From Longimicrobiales bacterium (lineage in GTDB: Bacteria > Gemmatimonadota > Gemmatimonadetes > Longimicrobiales > RSA9), in NCBI GenBank assembly GCA_036381495.1, contig DASVCS010000059.1, positions 2,352-66,351 on the forward strand: a stretch of 64,000 nt of DNA. The letters are read 5' to 3'. Each line of letters begins with the position of its first letter. The stretch's first letter is position 1. Shown here in pieces: positions 1 through 10,833 of this stretch. The translations under genes and the position numbers were made by a program. The notes under the pieces were generated by a model. The model made no database searches. It was not told the DNA's origin and saw nothing but the letters and a program-made list of their open reading frames with translations.

Positions 1-216
1 AACGACAGCTCGAGCGGGTAGTTCATGTACACTCCATCGTGCGGTCGGCGGACGTGTGTATGGCGGAGGTTCCGGCGGTGCGCCGACTCACCGCACGGCC
101 GGTCGGGCCGTCCCCGCGAACCGCTCTCGCGCGCCGCCCGGGGGCGCCGCGATGGTCGCCATCGGCGGTGGTGCCGATCGGGCACGGGCTCAGCCCCGCC
201 ACCTGGGGCCGAACCA

Positions 217-687
217 TCATGGCATGCGCCCGACGGCCGCCCGGTAGATGATGGCGGCTCCGACGACGATCGCGGCGGCCGCCCCGCGCCCCTCATTCGC
301 CGCGAGCCCACGCACCCCGTGCGCGACCAGGAAGAGCCCGAGGCCGAGAGCCGACCAACGCACCAGCGGATGGTCCGCGAGCCGCGAGAACGACACGGCC
401 CCGCCTGCGCCCTCCTCGAGCAACAACCGCCGCGCAAGGGCCAGGGCTCCAAGATAGACCAGTCCACCGACGGAGGTCATGGCGATCTCGAGCGGCCAGA
501 GGTTGTGGGCGGTCGGATCGATCAGGACGCCGACGAGAATGTTCAGCCCGGCGAGGCCGAGCGCCAGGAGCGGGAGCAGCGCCAGCCGGCCCCAGTTCCC
601 CGACCAACCGCGTGCCAGCCGAATCGATACATACGGCATCGCCAGCACCGCACCGAGTACGGCGAGCATGAACAGCGGCAGGGCCAT
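217..687 (-). CDS. hypothetical integral membrane protein
   Basis: 156-aa ORF with about four helix-length hydrophobic segments (LFMLAVLGAVLAMPYV, LALLPLLALGLAGLNILVGVLI, SVGGLVYLGALALA, LGLGLFLVAHGV). No family recognised by eye. Confidence 0.45.
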   Translation of the reverse strand: MALPLFMLAVLGAVLAMPYVSIRLARGWSGNWGRLALLPLLALGLAGLNILVGVLIDPTAHNLWPLEIAMTSVGGLVYLGALALARRLLLEEGAGGAVSFSRLADHPLVRWSALGLGLFLVAHGVRGLAANEGRGAAAAIVVGAAIIYRAAVGRMP

Positions 688-1040
688 GCGGTCGTCTCCG
701 AATGTCCGGACGTGGGCTCACTCGGAATCCGCCGTGCGCCCTGCCCTCACGAAATCGAGAGGCTCGTGTCCTCAGAAGATCAGGATTTCACGTCGGCGGG
801 AATCCACGGCCGACCGGGCCCGACGCCGTGGGCGTCGGCGTAGCGGCACGGTCCGGTACGCGACGCCGCGGCATGATCATCCCTCCGCGCACCACAGTAT
901 CGGCAGGCGGCGCCAGTTTCCGAAATTCCTGGTCTTCGAGGCGAGCTGCTTCGGGAGCCGGGTTCGGCCGCGATCATAGCAGCGCGATCAGTGCATCGCG
1001 GGTGAGTTCGGTGTGGCGAAGGATCTTGCTCGGGACGGCT

Positions 1041-1817
1041 TCAGCCGTCCGCCGGCACCGCTTCGGCGAGCGGCGCGAACGTGGCCACCACCGGGTTGTG
1101 ATCGCTCAGCCGGTCCCATGGCGGTCCCTGCGCCACCTCGCACGCTTCCAGGCGGGCGCGCCACGCGGCCGGGACGAAGATTCCGTCGCAGTGGTAAGGC
1201 GCCGACCGGTTTCCGGACCAACGCAGGGTCTGCGCGAGGGGGCGGCCCGGATTCGCCGCCTGCCAGCAACTGGTCAACCCCAGCTCATCCGCGAGGCGCT
1301 CCAGGAGTTCGCGCTCGCCGCGCGTGACCTTGATGGGTGCGCCCGGCAGGCGGGTTCCGACCACGACGTTGAAGTCACCGCCGAGCACGAGATCGGCGTC
1401 CTCGCCGAGCGGGGCGAGCCGGTCCAGGATCCGGTGCAGGGTCCGCACGTATCCGCCCGCACCGGCAGGGCAGTGGATGCTGAACAGGCGGAGGGGCCGG
1501 CCGGATAATCCATCCAGTCCATCGATTTCGCCGCCGACCACCCACCCCGCGTAGTCCGGCACATCGATCGGGGTCAGCCGGGCCGACCGCACCAGCACGG
1601 CGCTGCCCCAGCGCCCGGCGCGCGCCGCGCACCAGTGGAACGCGTCTGCCGCGCCGGGGCGAAACACCTCGCCGGGGGAATCCTCCGGAGGGCGGCATTC
1701 CTGGGCGAACACCACATCCGGTGAGAAGGCGTCCAGCAGATGCGACCAGTGGCCGCCGCGCCGCTCGCTCCCGCCGGTCAGGAAGTTGTACGTGACGAGA
1801 CGGAAGCCGGCGCTCAA
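1041..1817 (-). CDS. endonuclease/exonuclease/phosphatase (EEP) family protein
   Basis: 258-aa ORF with EEP-like blocks LVTYNFL, DVVFAQEC, LGGDFN, SDHNPV. Apparent TTG start overlaps the TGA stop of the upstream methyltransferase (TTGA), suggesting coupling. Confidence 0.7.
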   Translation of the reverse strand: MSAGFRLVTYNFLTGGSERRGGHWSHLLDAFSPDVVFAQECRPPEDSPGEVFRPGAADAFHWCAARAGRWGSAVLVRSARLTPIDVPDYAGWVVGGEIDGLDGLSGRPLRLFSIHCPAGAGGYVRTLHRILDRLAPLGEDADLVLGGDFNVVVGTRLPGAPIKVTRGERELLERLADELGLTSCWQAANPGRPLAQTLRWSGNRSAPYHCDGIFVPAAWRARLEACEVAQGPPWDRLSDHNPVVATFAPLAEAVPADG

Positions 1818-2533
1818 CGCGATCCGCCTGCTGCCGCCGCGGGCTTTCTGCCCAGCGCGAAACCCACGCCCTGGACTCCCGGGAACCGCGGGAGCCTGAT
1901 CTCGCCGGTCTCGATCTGCGAGAACCCCGCCTCCGTCATCAGCTCGGGCTGATCCTGGATGCCGATCCCTCCGGCACCGAGCCGTCCAGATCGGCGCCCC
2001 GGCTCTTCCGGGCGCTTGAAATCCACGATCAGCAGGCGCCCGCCGGGCTCGAGCACGCGCGCGATCTCGGCGAGCCCCCGGCGCTTGAGGTCATCCGGCA
2101 AGTGGTGCATCATCAAGGTGCTCAGCACGACATCGAACGACCCGTCGGGGAACGCGAGGTCCTCGACCACACCGACCTGGAAGTCGACGGACAGGTTGCG
2201 CCGGGCGGCCTTCGAGCGGGCACGGGCGATCTGCCGCGGTCCCGGATCGATGCCGGCCACGCGGCCCGTCTCACCCACCCGCTCCCGGGCGACCAGCGCC
2301 AGCGCTCCGGTGCCGCACCCCACGTCCAGCACCGCTTCCCCGGGTCGCAGACCGGCCAGATCGGCGGCCGTCCGCGGGAGCGCCCGCAACCTGCCGCGGA
2401 ACATCACGACATCGAAGATCCCCACCATCAGGTCGTAGCGCCAGCCCAGGTCCATGACCAACCCACGCGTCGCCCCGGCCGACGACGTCGGGTCGCGATG
2501 CGCCGCCGAATGCAGCGATAGTACGCCTCTCAT
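1814..2533 (-). CDS. class I SAM-dependent methyltransferase
   Basis: Motif I VLDVGCGTG, then FDVVLSTLMMHH and LEPGGRLLIVDF. Start ambiguous (ATG at 2533 or 2455). The first ~110 codons of the 349-aa track ORF are R/G-rich and overlap marR, so they are excluded. Confidence 0.8.
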   Translation of the reverse strand: MRGVLSLHSAAHRDPTSSAGATRGLVMDLGWRYDLMVGIFDVVMFRGRLRALPRTAADLAGLRPGEAVLDVGCGTGALALVARERVGETGRVAGIDPGPRQIARARSKAARRNLSVDFQVGVVEDLAFPDGSFDVVLSTLMMHHLPDDLKRRGLAEIARVLEPGGRLLIVDFKRPEEPGRRSGRLGAGGIGIQDQPELMTEAGFSQIETGEIRLPRFPGVQGVGFALGRKPAAAAGGSR

Positions 2534-2631
2534 CAGAGATGCCCTCCTTTGCGAATCGGGCCTCCGCTCGCCCGCACCGTTCGCTCGCTGCGCTCGCACG
2601 GACTCCCGTAAGCCGTTGTCACAGAAATGGA

Positions 2632-3120
2632 TCAATCGACGCCGCCGCCCGGCCTCGCACCCGCCCCGACACCGCCGACGGCGAGCGCGGCGTCCAGGCG
2701 GCCGCGCAACTCCGCCGCCGCCTCCGCCCCGAGCACGGCGAGCACCCGGTCGTGCGCCTGCCGCCACAGCGGAGCCGCCGCCTCGACGAGACGCCGACCC
2801 GCCGGCGTCAACAGCAACAGCCGCGCGCGCCCGTCCGCGGGCGACCGCGCCACCCGCACCCATCCCGCTCTCTCGAGCGGCCGCACGTTGCGCGACAGCG
2901 TCGTACGGTCCATCGCCAGGAAGTCCGCCAGGACGTGCATCGCCACGCCCCCCTCATCGCTCATGGCGATCGCGTTCAGCAACATGAGTTGCGTCGCTTG
3001 GACGCCCAGCGGCCGCAGCGCGTCGTCGTAGAGCCGGGTCAGCACGCGGGAGAGGCGCCGGGCGCGGAAACAGAGACATTCGCCGGCCATTGCACGGGCG
3101 GCATCGCGGTGTCGACTCAT
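2632..3120 (-). CDS. MarR family transcriptional regulator
   Basis: Winged-helix region QLMLLNAIAMSDEGGVAMHVLADFLAMDRTTLSRNVRPLERAGWVRVARSPADGRARLLLLTPAGRRL. ATG at 3120 chosen because a promoter sits immediately upstream. Confidence 0.8.
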   Translation of the reverse strand: MSRHRDAARAMAGECLCFRARRLSRVLTRLYDDALRPLGVQATQLMLLNAIAMSDEGGVAMHVLADFLAMDRTTLSRNVRPLERAGWVRVARSPADGRARLLLLTPAGRRLVEAAAPLWRQAHDRVLAVLGAEAAAELRGRLDAALAVGGVGAGARPGGGVD

Positions 3121-3126
3121 GAGAAC

Positions 3127-3138
3127 ATGTATATACAT
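3127..3138. promoter_or_regulatory. perfect 12-bp palindrome ATGTATATACAT overlapping the marR -10 (putative MarR operator)
   Basis: Self-complementary 12-mer read directly. It overlaps the -10 hexamer, as in typical autoregulatory MarR operators. Confidence 0.45.
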
Positions 3139-3156
3139 ATATCGTGTCCATGTCAA
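3128..3156 (-). promoter_or_regulatory. sigma-70-type promoter of marR operon (TTGACA-17 nt-TATACA)
   Basis: On the minus strand, TTGACA (3151-3156), an exact 17-nt spacer and TATACA (3128-3133). Only 7 nt separate the -10 from the ATG at 3120, implying a leaderless or near-leaderless mRNA. AT-rich island in GC-rich DNA. Confidence 0.5.
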
Positions 3157-3195
3157 GGGGCGGATGTACGAGTTGCCGCATTTTCCATTCACAAC

Positions 3196-3207
3196 ATGTA
3201 GTTACAT
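3196..3207. promoter_or_regulatory. second palindrome ATGTAGTTACAT sharing the ATGTA/TACAT half-sites
   Basis: Same 5-bp half-sites as the palindrome at 3127-3138, located ~40 bp upstream of the -35. Confidence 0.35.
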
Positions 3208-3550
3208 TGATCCGGGTGTCCGGCCACGCGTGGGCGATCGGAACAGTGGGTTGCGCACGGGGGTCGGGGGAGCGGGGCGAGCGGGGTCAGGCGGTTGCGG
3301 GACTCGCGGCGGGCGGGCGGGCGTGCGCCAACGGATGTCGCTGTGGCCGTGATGTCGCCGAGTCGCGGCCGGCTCGATCGGTTCGGGCGTGGCGGCGGCG
3401 CGGAGCCTCGGGGGTTCGGCCCGCCACCACGCCCATTTTTTTGCGCAACGCCGCCGCTGGAGCGGTTGCCGCATCACTTCGGAGTCGCGTACTGCGGCCG
3501 CAAGTGCATCGCAGGCGGACACGCAGTTCCGAACCGGCGGAGGAGATGCG

Positions 3551-3648
3551 CTAGGGCGGGCTTCGCGTCGCTTCGGAGTCGTACGCGCCCGCGAACCGAG
3601 CGCGGTGAGCGTCCGCGTGGCTCCGAACCGGCGAGCGGACCGCTCTAG
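3551..3648 (+). repeat. ~98-nt CTAG-bounded repeat element, copy 1
   Basis: CTAGGGCGGGCTTCGCGTCGCTTCGGAGTCGTACGCGCCCGCGAACCGAGCGC...GGACCGCTCTAG. It aligns along its length with the reverse complement of 10992-11090. The termini CTAGGGCGG / CCGCTCTAG are inverted repeats. Confidence 0.6.
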
Positions 3649-3744
3649 AACGTTTCGCCGGCCGGTTTGGAGCGGCTCGGCCGTCTGTGGCGCGATCGCG
3701 AGGCGCGGGGCGACTCCGGATTGATGCGACAGCCGTTCCAACCG

Positions 3745-4218
3745 CTACGGCTGGACTCCACCGCTCTGGATCCGCGCCTGGATCCGCTGCTGCAACTCGG
3801 GCAGGTGCGGCGCGATCTGCTGCTGACCGATCTGCGCCCCCTCCTGCATGAGTCGCGGCATGACCTCGACGGTCTTGCGGCCCACGGGCGTCTTGTAGAA
3901 CGCGATGAGTTCCCGGAGCTCCGCTTCCGTGTACGCCTCGCGGTACAGGCGCACGTACTGGGGATAGAGCTCGTCCCACTTCATGTACTCGGCGAAGAAA
4001 TCCACGAAGACATCGCGGAACTGCGCCATTGCGGGGTTCTGCCGGACCATGCTCTCGACCATGACGTCGATCGAGGCCGCGGTCTGGTCGTCGAGCCGCA
4101 GGAGGTCGACCAACTCCGCGGCCGCGCGATCATGGCTGTCCGTCGGGACGTAGTTCTGCGCCGTGGCGGAAACCGCGGTGGCGAGCAGGATCGCCGGGAT
4201 GAGAACGAGGGTTCGCAT
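3745..4218 (-). CDS. DUF2059-like secreted protein
   Basis: 157-aa ORF with signal peptide MRTLVLIPAILLATAVSATA and the block LRELIAFYKTPVGRKTVEVMPRLMQEG, which resembles DUF2059 family members. Confidence 0.65.
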   Translation of the reverse strand: MRTLVLIPAILLATAVSATAQNYVPTDSHDRAAAELVDLLRLDDQTAASIDVMVESMVRQNPAMAQFRDVFVDFFAEYMKWDELYPQYVRLYREAYTEAELRELIAFYKTPVGRKTVEVMPRLMQEGAQIGQQQIAPHLPELQQRIQARIQSGGVQP

Positions 4219-4354
4219 GGGTACGCTCCAGGAGCGGAGGATCCGGGGTCGGGATTTCAGCGCCTATCTAACATCGTGGCGGTCATCATACAAGGATTGC
4301 GTTTCCGGCATCGGCCGTCCCGCGTCCGGGCGCGGCCGGCCCACGCGCGCCCTC

Positions 4355-5710
4355 TCACCCCATCCCCACGGGCAGCCGCAGCCGCGCGCGGCAGCCGCGG
4401 CGGCCCTTGCGGTTCTCGAGCGTGAGCGTGCCGCCGTGGGCCTCGGCGATCTGGCGGCTGAGGACGAGGCCGATGCCGGTGCCCTGGGGTTTGGTCGTGA
4501 AGAACGGGACGAAGAGGTTCGCGGTGTCGGGCAGGCCGGGGCCGTCGTCGTCGACGTAGACTTCGAGGGTGCGGGCGCGCAGCGTCCAGCCGATGCGTAC
4601 GCCTCCGCCGGTCTCGAGCGCGGCGTCGGCGGCGTTGCGGACGAGGTTGATGAGGAGCTGGTCGAGCTGGTCGCCGTCGGCGTGGATGGTCGCGTCGGGT
4701 CCGGCCTCGACCTGGACGGAGAGCCGGGTTTCGAGCGCGGCGACGCCGCGGATCCACGGGGCGACTTCGAGCGGCTCGGGCTTCGGCGGCGGGAGCCGCG
4801 CGAGACGGGCGTGGGCGGTCATGAAACGGCTGAGCGCCTCCGAGCGGGCGGCAATGACGCCGAGGCCGCGGCGGAGGTCGTCGTCGAGGTCGTCGGGGCG
4901 AGGTTCGCGGGCGAGGAGCCCCTGGAGCGACGCGGCGATGGACTTGATCGGCGCGAGCGAGTTGTTGATCTCGTGGCCGAGCACGCGGACCAGGCGCTGC
5001 CACGCCTGGCGCTCCTCCTCGCGAAGCGTGCGGCTGAGGTCGGAGAGGACGAGGAGGCGGTGCGGCAGGCCACCCTGCCGGAACTCGCCGGTGCGGACCT
5101 CCCAGCGGCCGGCACGGCCGGGGAACGCGATGTCGACGAGGCGCGGGCCGTCGTCGGCGCCGTCCAGACAGGGATCGAGCCCGAGATCGGCGGCGGCGTG
5201 GCCGATGAGCCGCTCGCTCGGCCGCGCGAGGATGCGCTCGCCCGCTCGGTTGACGAGGCGGAGCCGGCGCTGGTCGTCGAAGGCGAACACGGCGACGTCG
5301 ATCTCCTCCATGACCTTGCGGAGCAGTGCCGTGGCTTCGAGGGCGCCGAGCCGCTGCTCGCGGAGCGTGCGGCCGAGCGCATTGACTTCGCGGAGCGCGA
5401 GGCCCAGCGCGTCATCGGTCGCAGGTCGGCGGGAGCGGATCGAGTAGTCGCCTTCGAGGAGCGCGGCGAGGAGGTTCGAGAGCGTCTGGAGCGGCCGGAT
5501 CACGCGCTCGCGCAGGCTGAAGACGAACGCCCACCAGGCGAAGACGAGGAGCAGCGTGAAGGTCCACTGGACCTTGGGCGTGTAATCGCCGGTCCAGAGG
5601 AGTACCAGTGCGACGGCGGCGCCGGGGAGCCCGGTCAGGAAGCCGAGCAGCGCGATACGACGCTCGTAGTTGAGCCGCGGCCGCGCCGGCGGCCGGCGCC
5701 CGGTCGGCAT
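4355..5710 (-). CDS. sensor histidine kinase (NtrB/AtoS-like partner of the sigma-54 regulator)
   Basis: Two N-terminal TM segments, an H-box LGHEINNSLAPIKS, and ATPase boxes LINLVRNAADA, DDGPGLP, GTGIGLVLS. ATG at 5710 is in frame. The rest of the 880-aa track ORF overlaps the regulator gene in another frame. Confidence 0.8.
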   Translation of the reverse strand: MPTGRRPPARPRLNYERRIALLGFLTGLPGAAVALVLLWTGDYTPKVQWTFTLLLVFAWWAFVFSLRERVIRPLQTLSNLLAALLEGDYSIRSRRPATDDALGLALREVNALGRTLREQRLGALEATALLRKVMEEIDVAVFAFDDQRRLRLVNRAGERILARPSERLIGHAAADLGLDPCLDGADDGPRLVDIAFPGRAGRWEVRTGEFRQGGLPHRLLVLSDLSRTLREEERQAWQRLVRVLGHEINNSLAPIKSIAASLQGLLAREPRPDDLDDDLRRGLGVIAARSEALSRFMTAHARLARLPPPKPEPLEVAPWIRGVAALETRLSVQVEAGPDATIHADGDQLDQLLINLVRNAADAALETGGGVRIGWTLRARTLEVYVDDDGPGLPDTANLFVPFFTTKPQGTGIGLVLSRQIAEAHGGTLTLENRKGRRGCRARLRLPVGMG

Positions 5711-5964
5711 GACGGCGGACGGGGGATCGCCGGCCCCCGACGGGTGGGCTGCGGCCGGGCGACTGCCGACGCCTTCCGGTCGTCTGACCCGGGCCGCCCG
5801 GCGCTCCGGCGCCATTCGGGCGTCCCCGGCCGCGGTCCCGGCCTGGCGCGTGCCGGCTTCGCCGGGCGATCCGGGGGCCGCCCGACCTGCCGGCGGGTCC
5901 GGGGCGCCGGCATTCGCCGGCCGATCCCGGACGCCGGGCTTCGGGGCGTGTGCGCCGTCGTCCA

Positions 5965-7356
<1,392 letters not shown>

Positions 7357-7573
7357 GGGTTTGCCCGGCGGGCGGGCTCACGAACACCGCCGCGTCGAGC
7401 ACCTGAAATGGGGACCATCCGTCCTCGGGGGGCGCCGCGTACTCGCCCCGGGTCCAGGCCTTTCTGTCCGAGAGGGTTGGAGACATCGGACCTCCGTGCG
7501 CGGGCCGCTGAACCACGTCCCCGCCATAACATAACGCCTCGCCGCGAGCGCCGGAACGGGCGGCGGCGGCTCG

Positions 7574-10009
7574 CTATTCGCTGCGCAGCGCCACCATCGG
7601 ATCCACCCGCGCCGCGCGCCGGGCGGGCAGCCAGCTCGCGAGCAGGGCGATGGCGGCGAGAACCGCCGCGACACCGCCGAAGGTGAGCGGGTCGGTGGGG
7701 CTGACCTCGTAGAGCATGCCGGCCAGGGATCGGGTGAGCAGCAACGCCCCGGCGAGTCCGAAGGCGGCGCCGAGCGCCGCGAGTCGTGCGCCCTGGCCCA
7801 GCACGGCCCGCAGCACCTCGCCGCGGCGCGCGCCGAGCGCGATGCGGATGCCGATTTCGCGTGTACGTTGCGCGACCGTATACGAGATCACGCCGTAGAT
7901 CCCGCTTGCGGCGAGGATCACCGCGAGTGCGGCGAAGGCGCCGAGCAGAGAGAGGTGGAAGCGGCGATCGGCGACGGAGTCGGCGACGAGCGCGTCCATG
8001 GTCGCGAGCTCGGCGACGGGGAGCGCGGGATCGAGCGCGAACACCTGTTCCTTGACGGCCTGCGCGAGTGCGAGTGGATCGCGCGTCGTGCGGACGGCCA
8101 GCGTGAGCGTGCCGTAGGAGTAGACCTGCCGGAAGGCGACATAGAATTCGGGCCGCGGGACCGCGTCGAGCCCGCGGTGGCGGACGTTGCCGACCACGCC
8201 GATGATGTCGCACGCCGGATCGCCCGGATCGTCGCCGATCACGACGCTCTCGCGGAGCGGATCGGAGCCCGGCGGCAGGAAGCGCTGGACGAACGTCTCG
8301 TTGACCACGATCACGCACGGCGCATCCGCGCGGTCCCGTGCGGTGAAGCCGCGTCCCCTGAGGAGCGGGATCCCCATGGTCCGGAAATAGCCTTCGGATG
8401 CGATGCGGAAGTCGGCCTGAGGCAGCGGGTCGGCCAGTGCCTCGGGTGTACCGGGGACGCGGAACGGCATGTCGTGGTCGATGCCGACCGGGTTCATCGG
8501 CAGTGTCGTGACGGCGCCCACGGAGGTCACGCCGGGCAGGCTGCGGACCCGCTCGAGGAGCGACTCGAAGAAGTGGATCTGCCGCGCGTCGTCGGGATAG
8601 CGATTGTCCGGCAGGAAGATCGCCGCGGCGAGCAGGTGGTCGGCGTCGAAGCCGGGATCCACGTTGCTCAGGCGGTGGAAACTGCGGATGAGGAGCCCCG
8701 CGCCGACGAGCAGCACGATCGAGAGCGCGACCTCGGCGACGATCATCGCATGGCGGAGCCGGCGGCCACCGGCGCCCTCGGTCGTGCGGTCGCTCCCTTC
8801 CCTGAGCGCGCTCGCCGGGGCGGCCCGCGAGGCGTTCAGCGCGGGCGCGAGGCCGGCGAGGAGCGCGGTCGCCGCGGCGGCAAACGTCGTGAAGGCGAGG
8901 ACGTCGCCATCGATGCGGATCACGTTCCAGCGCGGGAGCCCTTCGGGCGCGAGTGCGAGGATCAGGTCGAGCCCCCAGACCGCGAGCAACAGCCCGGCCG
9001 CACCGCCGAGCAGCGCGACGAGCCCGCTCTCGACGAGCAGCGCGCGGACCAGCCGCCGGCGGCTCGCGCCCAGCGCGCTCCGGACCGCAATCTCCCGCTG
9101 CCGGTCCGCCGCCCGGGCGAGCAACAGACTCGCGACGTTGGCGCAGGCGATCAGCAGCACGAAGGCGACGGCGCCGAGCAGGACGAGCAGCGCCGGGCGG
9201 GTCTCGCCGATGACGACCTCCCGCGCCGGCTGGACCAGGACGTCCCACCCGCGGTGTGCCTCGGGATACTGCACGGCGAGGCGCCCGGCAATGGTGCTCA
9301 TCTCGTTCTGCGCCTGTTCGAGCGTCGCATCGGCCGCGAGCCGGCCGACCACGTTGAACATGCGCTGTCCGCGGCTGCGCAGCTCGTACGGGAGGTAAGA
9401 GAGCGGCACCCACATGCCGACGTCGTCGTCATCCGGGAAACGGAACCCGGCGGGCATGACGCCGACCACCGCGTACGGCTCGCCGTCCAGGGTGAGCGAG
9501 CGGCCCAGTATGCCGGGATCGCCGCCGAAGCGCCGCTGCCACAGGCCGTGGCTGAGGATGACGATGCGGTGCCGGCCGGGCTGCTCCTCTTCCGGGAGGA
9601 ACGCCCGCCCCAGCGCCGGCTCGACGCCGAGAAGCCGGAACAGGTTGGCGCTCGCTCGGACCGTGCCGATCTCCTCCGGCTCGCCCGCGCCGGTCAACGC
9701 GAAGCCCGAGTAGACCCACGCCGCGAGTTCGTCGAACGTGCGGCTCTGCGCGCGCCAGTCCTGGAACGTCGCGGCGGAGGTCGGCTCGGGCGGGCGGTCC
9801 GGCACCGCCGTCTCCTGCTCCCAGAGCACCATCAGTCGCTCGGGCTCCTTGAACGGCAGCGGCTCGAGCAGCACGGCGTCCACCACGCTGAAGACGGCCG
9901 TGTTGGCGCCGATCCCGAGCGCGAGCGCCAGGACGGCGATCGCGGTGAAGCCCGGACGCTTCAGGAGCTGCCGGGCGGCGTAGCGGAGATCGCGCAGGAT
10001 CGTGTCCAT
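7574..10009 (-). CDS. ADOP-1: double-FtsX ABC permease (ADOP / MacB-like family)
   Basis: N-terminus [44 protein letters not shown]-terminus [17 protein letters not shown], ~811 aa. Start trimmed to ATG 10009 by alignment with paralogs. Confidence 0.88.
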   Translation of the reverse strand: MDTILRDLRYAARQLLKRPGFTAIAVLALALGIGANTAVFSVVDAVLLEPLPFKEPERLMVLWEQETAVPDRPPEPTSAATFQDWRAQSRTFDELAAWVYSGFALTGAGEPEEIGTVRASANLFRLLGVEPALGRAFLPEEEQPGRHRIVILSHGLWQRRFGGDPGILGRSLTLDGEPYAVVGVMPAGFRFPDDDDVGMWVPLSYLPYELRSRGQRMFNVVGRLAADATLEQAQNEMSTIAGRLAVQYPEAHRGWDVLVQPAREVVIGETRPALLVLLGAVAFVLLIACANVASLLLARAADRQREIAVRSALGASRRRLVRALLVESGLVALLGGAAGLLLAVWGLDLILALAPEGLPRWNVIRIDGDVLAFTTFAAAATALLAGLAPALNASRAAPASALREGSDRTTEGAGGRRLRHAMIVAEVALSIVLLVGAGLLIRSFHRLSNVDPGFDADHLLAAAIFLPDNRYPDDARQIHFFESLLERVRSLPGVTSVGAVTTLPMNPVGIDHDMPFRVPGTPEALADPLPQADFRIASEGYFRTMGIPLLRGRGFTARDRADAPCVIVVNETFVQRFLPPGSDPLRESVVIGDDPGDPACDIIGVVGNVRHRGLDAVPRPEFYVAFRQVYSYGTLTLAVRTTRDPLALAQAVKEQVFALDPALPVAELATMDALVADSVADRRFHLSLLGAFAALAVILAASGIYGVISYTVAQRTREIGIRIALGARRGEVLRAVLGQGARLAALGAAFGLAGALLLTRSLAGMLYEVSPTDPLTFGGVAAVLAAIALLASWLPARRAARVDPMVALRSE

Positions 10010-10052
10010 GGTTTGTCGTGGCCGGAGCAGTGTCGTGGCCGGCCGCACGCGG

Positions 10053-10754
10053 CTACCCGCCCGCCGGCGCGCCGGCCCTCGGCGTCGGGGCGTCGCTCTC
10101 GATCCAGCCGTCGCGCAGTTCGACGATGCGGTCGCCGTAGGCCGCGTTCTCCTCCGAGTGCGTGACCTGGATGATCGTCGTCCCCTGCCTGTTCAGCCTC
10201 TTGAACAACTCCATGATCTCGCGGCCCTGCGCCGAGTGCAGATTGCCGGTCGGCTCATCGGCCAGGATCAGCTTGGGATCCGCGATCACGGCGCGCGCCA
10301 CGCCCACGAGCTGCTGCTGGCCGCCCGAGAGCTGGTTCGGGAAGAGATCCTTCTTCCCCACGATCTGGAAGCGGTCGAGCGTGTCGGCGACCAGCGACTG
10401 CCGCTCCTTGCGCGGCACGTTCCGGTACGAGAGCGGAATATCCAGGTTCTCGGCCACGGTCAGCCCGTCCAGCAGGTGGTACTGCTGGAAGACGAAGCCG
10501 ATGTACTGCCGGTTCAACTCCGCGCGCTTCTTCGGCTTCAGCGTGTGCACGGCGTGCCCGAGCAGGTAGTACTCGCCCGACCAGGCGTGGTCCAGCAGAC
10601 CCAGGATACTGAGGAGCGTGGTCTTCCCCGCGCCCGATGGCCCCATGATCGTCACGAACTCGCCTTCGCGGATCGTGAGGTCGATGCGCTGGAGCACGAA
10701 GGTGCGGCCGGCGGGGGTCTCATACGCCTTGCTGATGTTCCTGAGCTCGATCAT
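10053..10754 (-). CDS. ABC transporter ATP-binding protein (MacB/LolD type), ATPase-1
   Basis: Walker [10 protein letters not shown], signature LSGGQQQ, Walker [13 protein letters not shown]. Lies 43 nt upstream of ADOP-1. Confidence 0.9.
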   Translation of the reverse strand: MIELRNISKAYETPAGRTFVLQRIDLTIREGEFVTIMGPSGAGKTTLLSILGLLDHAWSGEYYLLGHAVHTLKPKKRAELNRQYIGFVFQQYHLLDGLTVAENLDIPLSYRNVPRKERQSLVADTLDRFQIVGKKDLFPNQLSGGQQQLVGVARAVIADPKLILADEPTGNLHSAQGREIMELFKRLNRQGTTIIQVTHSEENAAYGDRIVELRDGWIESDAPTPRAGAPAGG

Positions 10755-10761
10755 CCTGCCT

Positions 10762-10833
10762 CTCTTCCGGAGCTGCTCTCTTCCGGACGTGGTTTCCGCT
10801 CTTGCGGACCTGGTTTCACTGTTTCGCGCTCTT
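10762..10833 (+). repeat. decaying tandem reiterations of the outer part of the 32-nt motif
   Basis: Units are ctcttccggagctg, then ctcttccggacgtggtttccg, then ctcttgcggacctggtttcactgtttcgcg, directly followed by the full copy. The last unit supplies the purine-rich stretch before the ATPase-1 ATG. Confidence 0.8.

Noticed and set aside
1814-2863. The full 349-aa ORF as the methyltransferase.
   Set aside because: The first ~110 codons are G/R/A-rich, overlap the marR coding region, and precede the first methyltransferase motif by an implausible distance. Internal ATGs at 2533 or 2455 fit better.
3202-3741. ORFs in the 545-bp gap between marR and the DUF2059 gene (for example 3202-3741 minus, 3389-3724 plus).
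   Set aside because: The translations are arginine/proline-rich with no domain features, and the region contains the non-coding CTAG-bounded repeat. It is treated as non-coding.
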